Shown: positions 37,031 to 49,690 of the stretch, piece after piece
How positions within the stretch are numbered: the first letter of the stretch is position 1
How the letters are laid out: every line of letters begins with the position of its first letter
From: Mobula hypostoma
Taxonomy: Eukaryota
Reading direction: 5' to 3'
Length of the DNA: 64,000 bases
NCBI RefSeq assembly: GCF_963921235.1
Contig: NC_086097.1
Location: 237,958,001 to 238,022,000 of the forward strand
Notes under the pieces: model-generated
What the model was told of the DNA's origin: nothing
The model's input: the letters and a program-made list of their open reading frames with translations, nothing else
The model's database searches: none
Made by a program: the position numbers and the translations under genes

Positions 37031-38254
37031 CTCGCTAGGATCTTTATGTCCTCGTTGCCCACGGGAATGGTACCAGAGGATTGGAGGGAGGCAAATGTTG
37101 TCCCCTTGTTCAAAAAAGGTAGTAGGGATAGTCCGGGTAATTATCCACCAGTGAGCCTTACAGCTGTGGTGGGAAAGCTGTTGGAAAAGATTCCTAGAGA
37201 TAGGATCCATGAGCATTCACAGAATCATGGTCTGATCAGGGACAGTCAGCATGGTTTTGTAAAGGGCAGGTCATGTCCAACAAGCCTGATAGAGTTCTTT
37301 GAGGAGGTGTCCAGGCATATAGATGAGGGTAGTGTAGTGGATGTGATCTACATGGATTTTAGTAAGGCATTTGATAAGCTTCCACATGGTAGGCTTATTC
37401 AGAAAGTCAGAAGGCATGGGATCCAGGGAAGTTTGGCCAGGTGGATTCAGAATTGGCTTGCCTGCAGAAGGCAGAGGGTCATGGTGGAGGGAGTACATTC
37501 AGATTGGAGGGTTGTGACTAGTGGTGCCCCACAAGGATCGGTTCTGGGACCTCTACTTTTCGTGATTTTTATTAATGATGTGGGGGTAGAAGGGTGGGTT
37601 GGCAAGTTTACAGACGACACAAAGGTTGGTGGTGTTGTAGATAGTGTAGAGGATTGTCAAAGATTGCAGAGAGACATTGATAGGATGCAGAGGTGGGCTG
37701 AGAAGTGGCAGATGGAGTTCAACCGGGAGAAGTGTGAGGTGGTACACTTTGGAAGGACAAACTCCAAGGCAGAGTACAAAGTAAATGGCAGGATACTTGG
37801 TAGTGTGGAGGAGCAGAGGGATCTGGGGGTACATGTCCACAGATCCCTGAAAGTTGCCTCACAGGTGGATAGGGTAGTTAATAAAGCTTATGGGGTGTTA
37901 GCTTTCATAAGTCGAGGGATAGAGTTTAAGAGTCGCGATGTAATGATGCAGCTCTATAAAACTCTGGTTAGGCCACACTTGGAGTACTGTGTCCAGTTCT
38001 GGTCACCTCACTATAGGAAGGATGTGGAAGCATTAGAAAGGGTACAGAGTAGATTTACCAGGATGCTGCCTGGTTTAGAAAGTATGCATTATGATCAGAG
38101 ATTAAGGGAGCTAGGGCTTTACTCTTTGGAGAGAAGGAGGATGAGAGGAGACATGATAGAGGTGTACGAGATAATAAGAGGAATAGATAGAGTGGATAAC
38201 CAGTGCCTCCTCCCCAGGGCACCACTGCTCAATACAAGAGGACATGGCTTTTAA
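37031..38254 (+). CDS. CR1 reverse transcriptase, ~400 uninterrupted codons (truncated, non-functional in situ)
   Basis: WREANVVPLFKKG, QHGFVKGRSC, YMDFSKAFD, GAPQGSVLGP, KFTDDTK, LVRPHLEYCVQFWSP. Confidence 0.9.
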   Translation, partial: LARIFMSSLPTGMVPEDWREANVVPLFKKGSRDSPGNYPPVSLTAVVGKLLEKIPRDRIHEHSQNHGLIRDSQHGFVKGRSCPTSLIEFFEEVSRHIDEGSVVDVIYMDFSKAFDKLPHGRLIQKVRRHGIQGSLARWIQNWLACRRQRVMVEGVHSDWRVVTSGAPQGSVLGPLLFVIFINDVGVEGWVGKFTDDTKVGGVVDSVEDCQRLQRDIDRMQRWAEKWQMEFNREKCEVVHFGRTNSKAEYKVNGRILGSVEEQRDLGVHVHRSLKVASQVDRVVNKAYGVLAFISRGIEFKSRDVMMQLYKTLVRPHLEYCVQFWSPHYRKDVEALERVQSRFTRMLPGLESMHYDQRLRELGLYSLERRRMRGDMIEVYEIIRGIDRVDNQCLLPRAPLLNTRGHGF

Positions 38255-39324
38255 GTAAGGGGTGGGAAGTTCAAAGGGGATATTAGAGGAAGGTTTTTTA
38301 CTCAGAGAGTGGTTGGTGCGTGGAATGCACTGTCTGAGTCAGTGGTGGAGGCAGATACACTAGTGAAATTTAAGAGACTACTAGACAGGTATATGGAGGA
38401 ATTTACGGTGGGGGTTATGTGGGAGGCAGGGTTTGAGGGTCGGAACAACATTGTGGGCCGAAGGGCCTGTACTGTGCTGTACTGTTCTATGTTCTAGTAG
38501 TTAAAAGTGCTACTGGATGATCATCATTGAGGCAAGTTATTACATTCTTCTCGGAGACCAGTATGATTGAGCCCTGCTTGAATCAGGTGGTACCTCATAC
38601 TGCTGGAGTGAAATAAATATTCCAGCCAGTTGACTAGCACAGGCCGTCAGTACACAGTGTGCCTGGCAGGCTAGAAGATTTCTGTGGATTCACTCTCTCG
38701 AAGGATGCACTCAGCCTCAGAACCTGAAATCACAGGTCGACGGGGACTGTGGGGTTTCTTACAATCAAGCTGGTTGGCAATGAGAAGGAGAATAAACAAA
38801 TTCATCAGAGCAATAGAAATGGTGAAATAGAAAGGTTCATGGCAGGTGTAAGGGAAGTATGCAGTGATAAAAGTCAGCAACTTCCTCAACTTATGCCCAT
38901 GATATTAAACATGATACTGATTCTGATATTATTGGTAGAACAAACGAGGAGAGGCAATGTGAACTGCATAGTTCAATATCTGGGAGGGTGTGAAAATCCT
39001 ACAAAAAGGTAGTGGATTCAGCCCAGTACAGCACAGGTAAGGCCCTCTCAAACACTGAACATATCTGCATGAAATGCTGTCGTAGGAAAGCAGCATCCAT
39101 CATCAGAGATCCCTGCCACCCAGCCCATGCTCATTTTTTTGCTGCAGAGGCCTTTACATTAGGCCCTACAGCGCATTACAAATAGAAGGTACGCGTGCCT
39201 CAGGACTCACAACACTATGTTCAAGAGCAGTAACTACCCCTCAACCATCAGGCTCTTGAAGTAAAAGTGGATAACTACACTCATCTATTGAGATGTTCCC
39301 ACAACCAATGATCTCTCTTTAAGG

Positions 39325-39494
39325 TGAGGTACAGTCGACGTTTCAGGCCGAGATCCTTCGTCAGGACGAAGGGTCTCGGCCTGAAACGTCGACTGTACCT
39401 CTTCCTAGAGATGCTGCCTGGCCTGCTGCGTTCACCAGCAACTTTGATGTGTGTTGCTTGAATTTCCAGCATCTGCAGAATTCCTGTTGTTTGC
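39325..39494 (+). mobile_element. Young Penelope-derived insertion with internal palindrome and 14-bp TSD
   Basis: TSD atctctctttaagg at 39311-39324 and 39495-39508; 37-bp inverted arms at 39326-39362 and 39365-39401. Confidence 0.92.
39332..39368 (-). ncRNA. Minimal type I hammerhead ribozyme, intact core
   Basis: CGTC CTGACGA AGG-ATCTCGG-CCT GAAAC GTC GACTG: all core nucleotides, GUC cleavage triplet, palindromic ACGU stem III; stem I only 3 bp in this copy. Confidence 0.75.
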
Positions 39495-39889
39495 ATCTCT
39501 CTTTAAGGACTCTTTATCTTGTTATTTCATGCTCTCGTCATTTACTGCTATTTACGGTATTTATATTTACGTTTGCAGTCTGATGTCTTCTAGCACTACT
39601 TGTTCTTTCATTGATCCTGTTTATAGTTACTGTTCTGTAAATTTACTGAGTATGTCTACATGAAAATGAATCTCAGGGTTGGATATGGTGACATATATGT
39701 ACTCTAATAATAAATTTTACTTTGAACTTTGAACTTTTTGAAACAGAACGATCTGAAGGCGTAAAGAGAGAATTTTTTGAGACGTGGAAGACATGTTGAG
39801 GACACTCAAAAAAACAGCAAACAGTGTTCATTAAAGAGGCGTGAAGTTGAAAACCAAGTGAAATATGCCAAAACATTTGTGCTTCACTT

Positions 39890-40090
39890 TACAGTGTCAG
39901 CCGTAAGATTGGGGTTCGATTTCCATTGGTGTCTGTAAGGCATTTATACACTCTCCTCATGACCATGTGAATTTCCTTTGGGTCCTCCAGTTTCCTTCCA
40001 CATTCCGAAGAAACGCGGTTAGGGTTAATGAATTGTGGGAGTGCTATCTTGATGCCCAAAGTATGACGACTCTTGCAGGCTGCCCAACAC
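39890..40090 (+). mobile_element. HE1/V-type SINE
   Basis: ggggttcgatttcc B-box; cctccagtttccttccacattccgaaga. Confidence 0.7.
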
Positions 40091-40479
40091 AACCCTTGCT
40101 GATTTGATTTGATGTTACAAATAAAACTAGTCTTTAAACTTCACTAAATATCAATTGAACCTCAACTGGATCTTACTGGACACCACACAGAGGGTATATA
40201 GTTAATGTAAGAGCTACTACTATATACAAATACTAGCGTTCAAACAGCTTTTAAAATGTATCTAGCTGGCAATACTCAATTTTGAAATTACAAAGTACGG
40301 ATGTATAATCATGCAGCATTCTTCAACGAAGGAATGGAAATTTCTTGGTCTCAGCAGGGAACTGCTCAATATCAGAGCTTTGGTCTCAGCAGGAAACCAC
40401 TCAGTATCAGAGCTCTGGAGCTGGTAAGATGATGATTGGTTCTTGAACATATATATTAATATAGATATAGTAGCCCTTG

Positions 40480-40835
40480 AGATAAAGGAGCAGAATTAGG
40501 CCATTCAGCCTGTCAGGGGTGCTCCACATTCCATCATCGCTGATATATTATCCCTCTCATGCCCATTCTCATACCATCTCCCCTTAACCTTTGATGCCCT
40601 GACAGATAAAAAACCTATCAACCTCCACTTTAAATATACCCAATGCTGTATATGGCAATAAATTCCACAGATTCACTGCCCTCTTGATAAAGAAATTCTT
40701 CTCATCTCTGTTCAAAACTGAACAACCCTCTGAGACTGTGCCCTCTAGCCTGAGACTCAGCAACTATGGGAAACATCTTCTCGACATCGACTCCATCCAG
40801 GGCTTTCATATATTTGACAGGTTTCGATAAGATCC
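40480..40835 (-). mobile_element. CR1 3' fragment
   Basis: LDGVDVEKMFPIVAESQARGHSL and CR1 tail. Confidence 0.82.
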
Positions 40836-41716
40836 CCCCCTTGCTTATTGAATATTTGTTGAATATTGGAACAGGGCAAGTAAACATGACCACTAGATAT
40901 TCTAGTTTGATGTGGCAAGGTCTACAGATATACCAGCAGTGTGAGGAGGGGTATGTAGGCACAGGTTGGTGGGATTAATAAGTCAGCATGGACTAGACGG
41001 GCAGAAGGGCCTGATTCTGAGCTGCAGTGCTCTGTGATAACCTCGAGACAGCCGAAACAAAAGGGGTCAGTTCATTAGATTATGTTGAATCTCTTACCCT
41101 TGACTACATTGATCAGAAGGATATGTGAAATGTACTCAGTATCTTTAAACTGGGAATCACTTGAAGCAAGGCCAATGCATTAAAGATACCAAACTAGATA
41201 CCTTGGGGTTTAAGGTATTTTGCACTGTTGAAACATAGAGAGGAGACTGCAATAGCTTAACAGATATGAGGCTCCACAGTGACAAATTTGATACCTTGGT
41301 ACCCTAAACATGGTCGTGTTCAAATACTTTGAATCAGAATCAGCTTTATTTTCACTGACAGACTGTAAGTTGTGAAATTTGTTGTTTTCCAGTAACAGCA
41401 CAGTGGAATACATAACATATACCATGAGTACAATAAGGAATCTAAATAAATAAATAAATAAATACATTTATAAGTGGTGCAAAATCATGAGCTGGCTGTC
41501 AGTCATGTCATGCCTTCTCTGCTTGATCTCACCAGCATGTTTATTTGTACTCAGTTGATAGTTATGTATTCGGCTCTGAGTTCAAACAATTCTTCAATGT
41601 CGTTAAATCCAGTAATCAGAAAGTTGCTGTTCCACTTGCCTTGTTCAACTTCAAACTTTTTTGACATGTTTTGGCATTTTGCTGACAGACTTGGCAATAA
41701 TTAATGCAGAAACAAA

Positions 41717-42995
41717 CTGAATTGAATTGAATTGACTTTATTACTTACATCCTTCATATACATGAGGAGTAAAAATCCATACGTTACGCCTCCATTTAGG
41801 TGTGCAATGTGCAATTTATAGCAATTTGTAATAAATAGTATGTACAACAGGACAGTCAATATAATATAGAAATACAATTGCATGAGCAAGAATTAATCAG
41901 TCTGATGGCCCAGGGGAAGAAGCTGTCCAAGAGCCTGTTGGTCCTGGCTTTTATGCAACGATACCATTTCCCGGATAGTTGCAGCTGGAACAGTTTGTGG
42001 TAGAGGGTGACTCAGGTCCCCAATGATCCTTCGGGTCCTTTTTACACACCTGTCTTTGTAAATATCCTAAATAGTGGAAAGTTCACATCTACAGATGCGC
42101 TGGGCTGTCCGCACCACCTTCTGCACCGACTGAGGGAAGTACAGTTCCCAATACCAGGCAGTGATGCAGCCAGTCAGGATGCTCTCAATTGTGCCCCTGT
42201 AGAAAGTTCTTAGGATTTGGGGGCCCATACCAAACTTCTTCAATCGTCTGAGGTGAAAGAGGCACTGTTGTGCTTTTTTCATCCCATGGCCGGTATGTAC
42301 AAACCACGTGAGATCCTTGGTGATGTGTACGCTGAGGAACTTAAAGTTGTTCACCCTCTCAACCCCAGATCCATTCATATTGATAGGGGTTAGCCTGTCT
42401 CCATTTTTCCTGGAGTCCACAACCAGCTCCTTTGTTTTTGTGACTTTGAGGGAGAGGTTGTTTTCTTGACACCACTGTGTCAGGGTGATGACTTCTTCTC
42501 TGTAGGTTGCCTCATTATTATTTGAGATTAAGCCAATCAATGTAGTATCGTCAGCAAATGTAATCAGCAAATTGGAGCTGTGGGTGGCAACACAGTCATG
42601 GGTTTACAGAGAGTAAAGTAGGGGGCTTAGTACACAACCCTGAGGAGCACCTGTGTTGAGGGTCAGAGGGTCAGAGGTGAGGGAACTCAATCTTACCGCC
42701 TACCAGAGATCTGACAGGAAGTCCAGGATCCAGCTACACAAGGCAGGGTGAAGGCCGAGGTCTCTGAGCTTCTTGTCGAGGCTGGAGGGAATTATGGTGT
42801 TGAATGCTGAACTGTAGTCCAAGAATAGCATTCTCACATAAGCATCCTTCTTCTCCAGATGTGTAAGGATGGTGTGTAAAGCTGTGGCTATTGCGTCATC
42901 TGTCGATCGGTTGTGTCGGTAGGTGAAATGTAGAGGGTCCAGTGTGGGTGGTAGCAAGCTGCAGATGTAGTCCTTGACCAGCCTCTCAAAGCATT
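41717..42995 (-). mobile_element. Rex1/Babar-type LINE RT and 3' end
   Basis: [52 protein letters not shown]; (TTCAA)n tail. Confidence 0.93.
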
Positions 42996-43930
42996 TAGAT
43001 AGATAGATAGATAGATATACTTTATTAATCCCGAGGGAAATTGGGTTTCATTACAGCCGCACCAACCAAGAAGAGAGCATAAATATAGCAATACAAAAAC
43101 CACAAACAATCTAACAACAAAATGCAAACTATGCCAGATGGAAAATAAGTCCAGGACCAGTCTATTGGCTCAGGGTGTCTGACCCCCCACAGGAGGAGCT
43201 GCACGTTCGATGGCCACAGGCAGGAACAATCTCCCGCGCCGCCCGGTGTTGTATCTTGGTGGAATGTGGCCGAAGTCCAACAGTAAAAAGTTCAATATCC
43301 AGTCTGCAAACACATTCCTCGATCGTAATATGACCCGGATTGCACCATCTGTTAACCAGAACAGTAAGCACCCAACTCTTTTACGCTTACCGCTTTCAGT
43401 GCACTTCTGGTCAGCAGGAACAGTCTGGAAGCCATCCATGGAGAAGTTTTGACCAGGAATGTCCTCGTGCAACCCCGTTCCAGTGAAGCACATAACACTG
43501 CACTCCCGAAATGTTCTCTGACGCCTGGCTAGTGCCATGAACTCGTCCATTTTATTACCCACCGAACTCCTCTTCTCCATAAGTCTCTGTTGTCTCGACC
43601 CGGTCCTCTCTCCTCGACTTTGTGATCCCCCTCTGCATCCTCTGTGTGTTTTCCTCCGGATTTCAGCAGGGGTGTCCGCCGCTCTGCTCGCTAAACCGGC
43701 TGGCATTAGCACAAACAGCTAGTCCCTGGAATACACAATGCGACCTTGCTTCTGTCCCACGTGTCTGGATGTAACTATCTCCAGCGCTAAAAACTCACAT
43801 AAAACTCTCTCTACCAGCATGTTAGAGAGGGTGCAGCTTCGATGTATTACCGTGAGAAAAAAAAATGCAAAAAATAACGTAAGTTAAAAAGTAAGAAGAA
43901 GAAAGTAAGAATAGATCGGAACGGCAGTAC
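42996..43930 (-). mobile_element. Internally deleted Rex1/Babar-type element (5' APE start joined to 3' end), (TATC)n tail
   Basis: RGCRGG, SVGNKMDE...FRECSVMCFT (APE N-terminus) fused to TGRRGRLFLPVAI; agatagatagat tail at ~42996-43017. Confidence 0.75.
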
Positions 43931-44204
43931 AGGAAAAATGGTGGATGTCTTGAAGCAGGAGGGCACTCTACACTGGGAGAGGGAGAGAATAGCAGGAGAA
44001 ACTCAGTGGTTCAGACAGCATCTGTGGAAGCAGAGGGATGTGCTGTTCCAGACAGTCTTGTTGCTGAAGATTACAGTGTCTCTTGTGTCTGGAATGTTGG
44101 AATTCACCACCACATAATGATTCAGTAGCTCTTTGTTGCTTGGAGAGCAATATGATTATGCCATTCCACACTGCCAATGGGAATTTGCAGTGCCAAAGTC
44201 TATA

Positions 44205-44860
44205 AAACTATGAGACCATTAGGCATAGGAGCAAGATTTGGCTATTCAGCCCATTGAATCTTCTCTGCTATACCTTCATGGCTGATTTATTATCCCTCTC
44301 AATTCTATACTTCTGCTTTCTTCCCATAACCTTTGACACAGTGACTAACAAGAACCTATCAACCACCATATTAAATACACCTAATGGCCTGACCTCCATA
44401 GCCACCTGTGGCAATGAATTCCACAGATTCAAAGCCCTCTGGCTAAGAAAATATCTCCTCATCTCCTTTATAAATGGGTGTCCCGCAATTCTGAGGTTCT
44501 CACGTTCTAAACTCCTCCAATATAGGAACATCCTCCCATATCTGCTTCATCTGGGTCTTCCAAAATTCAATAGCTATCAATGATATTCCCATTCATACAT
44601 CTAAATTCCAATGAGTACAGGCCTAGAGCCATCAAATACACCTCATATAATAACCCATTCATTACCAGAATCATTCTTGTGAAAATCCTCTGAAACCACA
44701 TCCTTTCTTAGAAAAGGGCCCCAAAACTGCTCACAGTACACCAAGTGAGGCCTGGCCAGAGCCTTATAAGGCCTCAGCATTACATCCTTGCTTTTATATT
44801 CTTGCCTTTTGAAATAAATGCAAACATTGCATTTGTCTTCCTCACTACTGACTTAACCCG
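44205..44860 (-). mobile_element. CR1 3' fragment
   Basis: LSQRALNLWNSLPQVAM; CR1 tail at ~44205-44250. Confidence 0.85.
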
Positions 44861-44875
44861 GGACCAGGGTCACTA

Positions 44876-45555
44876 GCAAACTCAAGTACAGGAATCCCAG
44901 GGTCTTCAGCAAGGTAAGGACATGTTTGGCAAAGCTTGTAGATCGTGCTGTAGGTTTTCTATGTTTCTAATTTAAACAAAACAATTAAGTTATTACAGAA
45001 ATTACCAGCAAAACTAACAATAACTCAGGTAAACTATACAGAGTCCTGAAGAACTGAAATCACTCACGGCACACGAAGATCGCACCAGACAAGGATTTAT
45101 AATTATCAAGCAAAGAGGGGTTGGCAAGGCCCCTGAAATGCACCGTGGAGCATATAGGAATTCAGGTATAATCAGACGGCCCCAGTGTCCAGATGAAGCA
45201 ACTTGTCATGTTGCATGATAAAATGAAGGAGAAAATGAGCTGAACAACTCTTAGATGTTGCACTGGAAGCAAACTCAAGTGCAGGAATCACAGAGACCTG
45301 GGCAATTCAACCAAAACAAAGGATTTATTACAGAGGTTAACCAGCAAAATTAACAAGCACTCAGGCAAACTATGCAGAACCTTGACAAACTGAAATCACT
45401 CACGATACACAGAAGAAATCAGGTTGAGTTTCACTGGACAAGGATCCAGGATCCAGAGCGACTGAGCAAAGAGGGGTTGGCATCCCCCCCCCCCCAAATA
45501 CACCCTGGTGCACGCAGGAATTCAGCCCTGATCTCCAGATGAAGCAACAACCCCC
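44876..45555. repeat. Diverged tandem duplication of a ~300-bp unit
   Basis: Blocks gcaaactcaagt(a/g)caggaatc, ttattacaga, actgaaatcactcacg, gcaaa(a)gaggggttggca and tccagatgaagcaac occur twice in the same order. Confidence 0.8.
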
Positions 45556-46139
45556 AATGACAACTGCAATGCAAGACTTTGACAATCTTGTGCTAATTCC
45601 ATTACAAATTGATTAAACTGATAAATACAAAGACAGTTTAGCATCCCCATGATCCCAAATGAGACACCTGCAATACAAGGTGGAAACCCAGAGCTCGTCC
45701 AAAGACAAATAATTAGACATCAAAGGTAAACAATCCAAGGAAACAAGAGCAAATCTGCAGATGCTGGGAATCCAAGCAACACACACAAAATGCTGGAGGA
45801 ACTCAGCAGGCCAGGCAGCATCTATGGAAAAGAGTACCAGTTACCTGCCCCTCTACCTATCTTTGTATCATCTGCAAACATGATCACAAAGCCGTCAATT
45901 CTGCCATCCAAATCATTGGCATATAACGTTAAAATAAGCGGTCGCAACACCAACACGTGGCAGTTGTATAAACCATTGGTAAGTTTACACTTGTAGTAGT
46001 GTGTCCAGTGTCCAGTTTTGGTCATTCTGTAATTGAGAGAGGTTGGCCAGCCTAGGTCTTTATTGCTTGGAACGTAGGAAAAAGAGGATGATCTTGGAGA
46101 AATGTTTAAAATTTACACATTAAATTTTTAAAATTTAAA

Positions 46140-46425
46140 ATGGAGCAGTATAGTAGTGTATTGGCGAGCACAACACTTTATAGTACCAATGACCTGGGTA
46201 GAGTTCCCATCAGTTTCTGTCAGGAGTTTGTACATTCTCCCCATGACAGCATGGGGTTCCTCTGAGTTTTCCTGTTTCCTCCCACAGTCTGAAAGTGTAC
46301 CAGCTGGTAGGTTAATTGGTCATTGTAAATTGTCCTCTGATTAGGCTAGGATTAAATTGGAGGTTACTGTGGCTCAAAAGGCTGGAAAGCCTGTTCTGCA
46401 CTGTATCTCAATAAATAGATGGATA
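46140..46425 (+). mobile_element. HE1/V-type SINE
   Basis: ggagtttgtacattctcccc...gtttcctcccacagtc...ggtaggttaattggtcattgtaaattgtcc; aataaatag tail. Confidence 0.82.
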
Positions 46426-46624
46426 AATAACTATATTTTTAGGCAATGATAACAGTAATTTCTCCACAATAGAGCAGTCCAAAACAAGGTGATGTAGATT
46501 TAGGGAGAGAGAAGGAAAATTTAAAGGGACCTCGGGGCTGCTGGAAGAAGTGGCTGAGGTAAAGTATTGATAATGGCTGTGGTCACCCATCTTATACAGT
46601 CACTGTCAAGAAAAACGCAATTGT

Positions 46625-47390
46625 AAATTAGTTTAAACCCTCCATAACAGCTTGAACAAACCTGCCTGCAAGAATCTTGATCTACCTTTGGTTCAGGAGC
46701 AACCCGTCATTTTTGTACAGGTCATACCTCCCCCAGAAGAGATCCTAATGAACCAAGAACCTGAAGCCCCGCCTCATGTACCAGCTTCTCAGCCATGCAT
46801 TAACCTGTCAAATCATCCTGTTTCTACCCTCACAGGTTTTTGGCACAGGCAGCAATCCAGAAATTACTACCCTGGAGGTCCTGCTCCTCAGCTCAGCTCC
46901 TCAGGTAGAAACCTAGCTCTCTGAATTCTCTTTTCAGGACCTCTTTGCTTTTCCTTCCTATGTCATTGATACCAATATGTACCAAGACATCTGGCTGCTC
47001 TCCCTCCCCCTCCAAAATGTTGTGTCCCTGACCCTGGCACCTGGAAGGCAACATACCATCTGGGTGTCGCGCTCACATCCACAGAATCTCCTGTCTGTTC
47101 CTCTGACTATCAGTACTGCTCCCCTCTTCTCCTTCTGCACCATGGACCTATAGTCAGTGACAGTAACCCGGTCTCTGTGGCATTCCCCTGAAAAGTCATG
47201 CCCCACAACATAATCCAAAATGGAATACTTATTATTGGGGGGAATGGCCACAGGGGTGGTCTGTGCTAACTGCCTACTCACATTTCCATTTCTCCTGACA
47301 GTCACACAGCTACTCACCTCCTGCAACTTCGGGTTGACTACTTCCCTGTAATTCTGATCACTCTCCTGTACAAGCCAAACGTCATGCAGC
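46625..47390 (-). mobile_element. CR1 ORF1 (SGNH) fragment
   Basis: ORF 46958-47326 NNKYSILD...VRGTDRRFCG...VCCLPGARVRD; same subfamily as 2800-3507. Confidence 0.88.
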
Positions 47391-47394
47391 TACT

Positions 47395-47940
47395 GCTATC
47401 TTCACCTTTCCCTCCCACACCTGACTGAATCTATCTTCTAAACTCACTCCTCACCTGGAATTATCTAACGCTTGCCAGCTCTCACTGCAGGTCCCTCCCC
47501 CTCACTGGCCATCTCCCTTTTATCAGTCCATTTGGAGGGTCTCAACTCAAATTACCAACTGTCCACTTCGCTCCACCAATACACAAGAGATTCTGCAGAT
47601 GCAGGAAATCTTGCGCAACATGCACAAAGCGCTAGATGAATGCAGCAGGTCAGGCAGATTCTATGGAGGGAAATGCTTTGGGCCGAGACCCTTCATCAGG
47701 ACTGGAAAGGAAGCGGGCAAAAGCTAGAAAAAGAGAGAAGAGGGAATGGAAGGATTGCAACTGGCAGTGATTGATGAGGCCAGGTGAGAGGAAAGGTGGC
47801 TGAGTGGGGGGAGGGGGAATGTGAGAAGCAGGGAGGTGATTGGTGAAAGAGGCAAAGGGCAGAAGAAGAAGGCATCTGATAGGAGAGGATATTTCCCCAC
47901 AGATGCTGCCTGACCCACGGTATCTGTGTTTTTTTGAACA
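47395..47940. mobile_element. Penelope terminal-repeat fragments in both orientations
   Basis: Minus strand CAGTC CTGATGA AGGGTCTCGGCCC at ~47680-47704; purine-rich arm; closing gatgctgcctgaccc. Confidence 0.7.
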
Positions 47941-47954
47941 AATTAATGGATTAA

Positions 47955-48810
47955 ATGAAATCTTTATTGTCATTGCATAGTACAATTTGTCATGCACCAA
48001 TACAGTGAAAATGAGTTTGCAACTCTCATACTCAATGCTATAAAACAATAAATAAAATAAATAATAAATAAAATCAAGTAACCAGCCAGTACAAGCAATG
48101 TCCAGCAGTACAGAAGCGCAACTCAGATGCATGACAGCCATAAAACCGGTATTAAAAGTAACAATATAACACATTTATAGATTATGCTTGACCGATCGGT
48201 TCAGAGCAATTATAGCTCTGGGGAAAAGCTATTTTTCAGTCTGGAAGTGCAGGCATAGAAAATCTTACAATGTCTGCCAGATGGAAGAAGTTCAAACAGA
48301 TGATTTCGTGGGTGTGTATTGTCCTTACAGATGCTTGTAGCTTTCCTTAGGCAGCGAGAGCTGTAGGTGTCCTCCAGGGCTGGGAGCTGTGTCCCGATGA
48401 TCTTCTGTGAGCTAGAGACGACCCGCTGAAGTGCTTTCCTATCAGCTGCTGTACAACTGAGATACCACACAGAGATGCAGTATGTTAAGATGCTCTCTAT
48501 GGTGCAGCGGTAAAAGGTCACCAGCATCTGTTCAGGTAGACCAGCTTTCTTCAGCGTCCTGAGGGTTGTGCTTTCTTAACTATTGTTGTGGTTTCAGTGG
48601 ACCATGTAAGGTCTTCTGAGATGTGTATTCCCAGAAACCTGAAACTGGACACTCTCTCCACTATGTCTCCGTTAATGTAGACTGGAGCGTACTCGTCATC
48701 CCGTGACTTTCCAAAGTTGATAATTAGCTCCTTAGTCTCTGCTGTATTAAGAGACAGGTTGTTCTCTGAGCACCAGCTCACTAAGTTCTGTACCTCCGCT
48801 CTGTACGCTG
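47955..48810 (-). mobile_element. Rex1/Babar-type RT 3' fragment
   Basis: WCSENNLSLN...FRFLGIHISEDLTW; FYRCTIESILTYCISVW...LLPSGR. Confidence 0.9.
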
Positions 48811-49349
48811 ATTAATGAAAATGAAAGAAAATTGCAGGAGCTGGAAGCCAGAAATAATAATTTTAAAAGAAGAAAACTGTTGCATCTGCAGGAAAGGAGA
48901 GGAAACATTTGGGTGTGGAGACCCTCCAGTGATACAAAATAAGGGAAGCAAGAAGAAAAAGGTCATCTGACCTCACCAGCCTCAATCCCATAACTCTTAG
49001 CTCCATTAAAATATATTGATATCAGCATAAGCCATGCTCATGGACTGAGCATTTCCACCCCCTGTAATAAAGAATTCCAAAGAGTTAGCACCATCAAGTT
49101 CTGGTTTTCCTCATCATGTGTCCGCATCCACTTGTTCTGGAGGAAATAATCTGTAAGCACCCACGGCTTCCAATTTTGTAATTTCCTGTGTAACTGCATC
49201 GTGTTTACACATATCTCATTCATGTATTTTTGCACACTCAGTCCACCCTCATTACGGCTCACTTCTCAAACTAGCTTTGTGTCATCAGCACCTGTCTTTT
49301 CATCTGAAGCATTACTTTTCTTGTATTTGACATATTGTAACATTTCGGG

Positions 49350-49690
49350 GGCCAATGGGTAGTGGGGTGGAGATACAGCTCTACCAAAGGAGGTGTAGGA
49401 TGCTCCTAGCCTGCAGGTCACCCTTGGCCTCCAGATCAGAGTCACATGAAACCATAGGAGCAGGTGGTGGATGGTCATATCACAAGTCCTGGTTATGTGA
49501 CGACTGATGCCAGGCAATCTCTGAAGAGTATTGACAATGGCTGGGGTCACCCGTCTTGTAAAGACACTGCCCAGAAGAAGACAATGGCAAATCACCTCTG
49601 TGGAAAAATTTGCCGAGAATAATCATGGCCATGGATAGACCATGATCGCCCACGTTATACGACACGGCATCAACAAATAAACGAACAATA
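49350..49690 (+). mobile_element. Non-autonomous RTE-related short element
   Basis: gaagacaatggcaaatcacctctg...catggccatgg resembles RTE/Bov-A-type sequence; second copy at 57560-57940. Confidence 0.6.

Larger units (their letters stand above)
36012..38496 (+). mobile_element. 5'-truncated, relatively young CR1 LINE with nested CR1 fragment
   Basis: ORF2 pieces 36199-36686 and 37031-38254, 3'UTR and gttctatgttcta tail. Confidence 0.97.
35640..38670 (-). mobile_element. Rex1/Babar-type RT fragment split by the 36012-38496 CR1
   Basis: gttgaatgctgagctg...ctctcaaagcacttcattacag on the left; aagtgctactggatgatcatcattgaggcaag on the right. Confidence 0.7.
38960..39735 (+). mobile_element. Rex1/Babar-type 3' fragment
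   Basis: aaagcagcatccatcatcagagatccc motif; tail aataaattttactttgaactttgaac. Confidence 0.8.
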
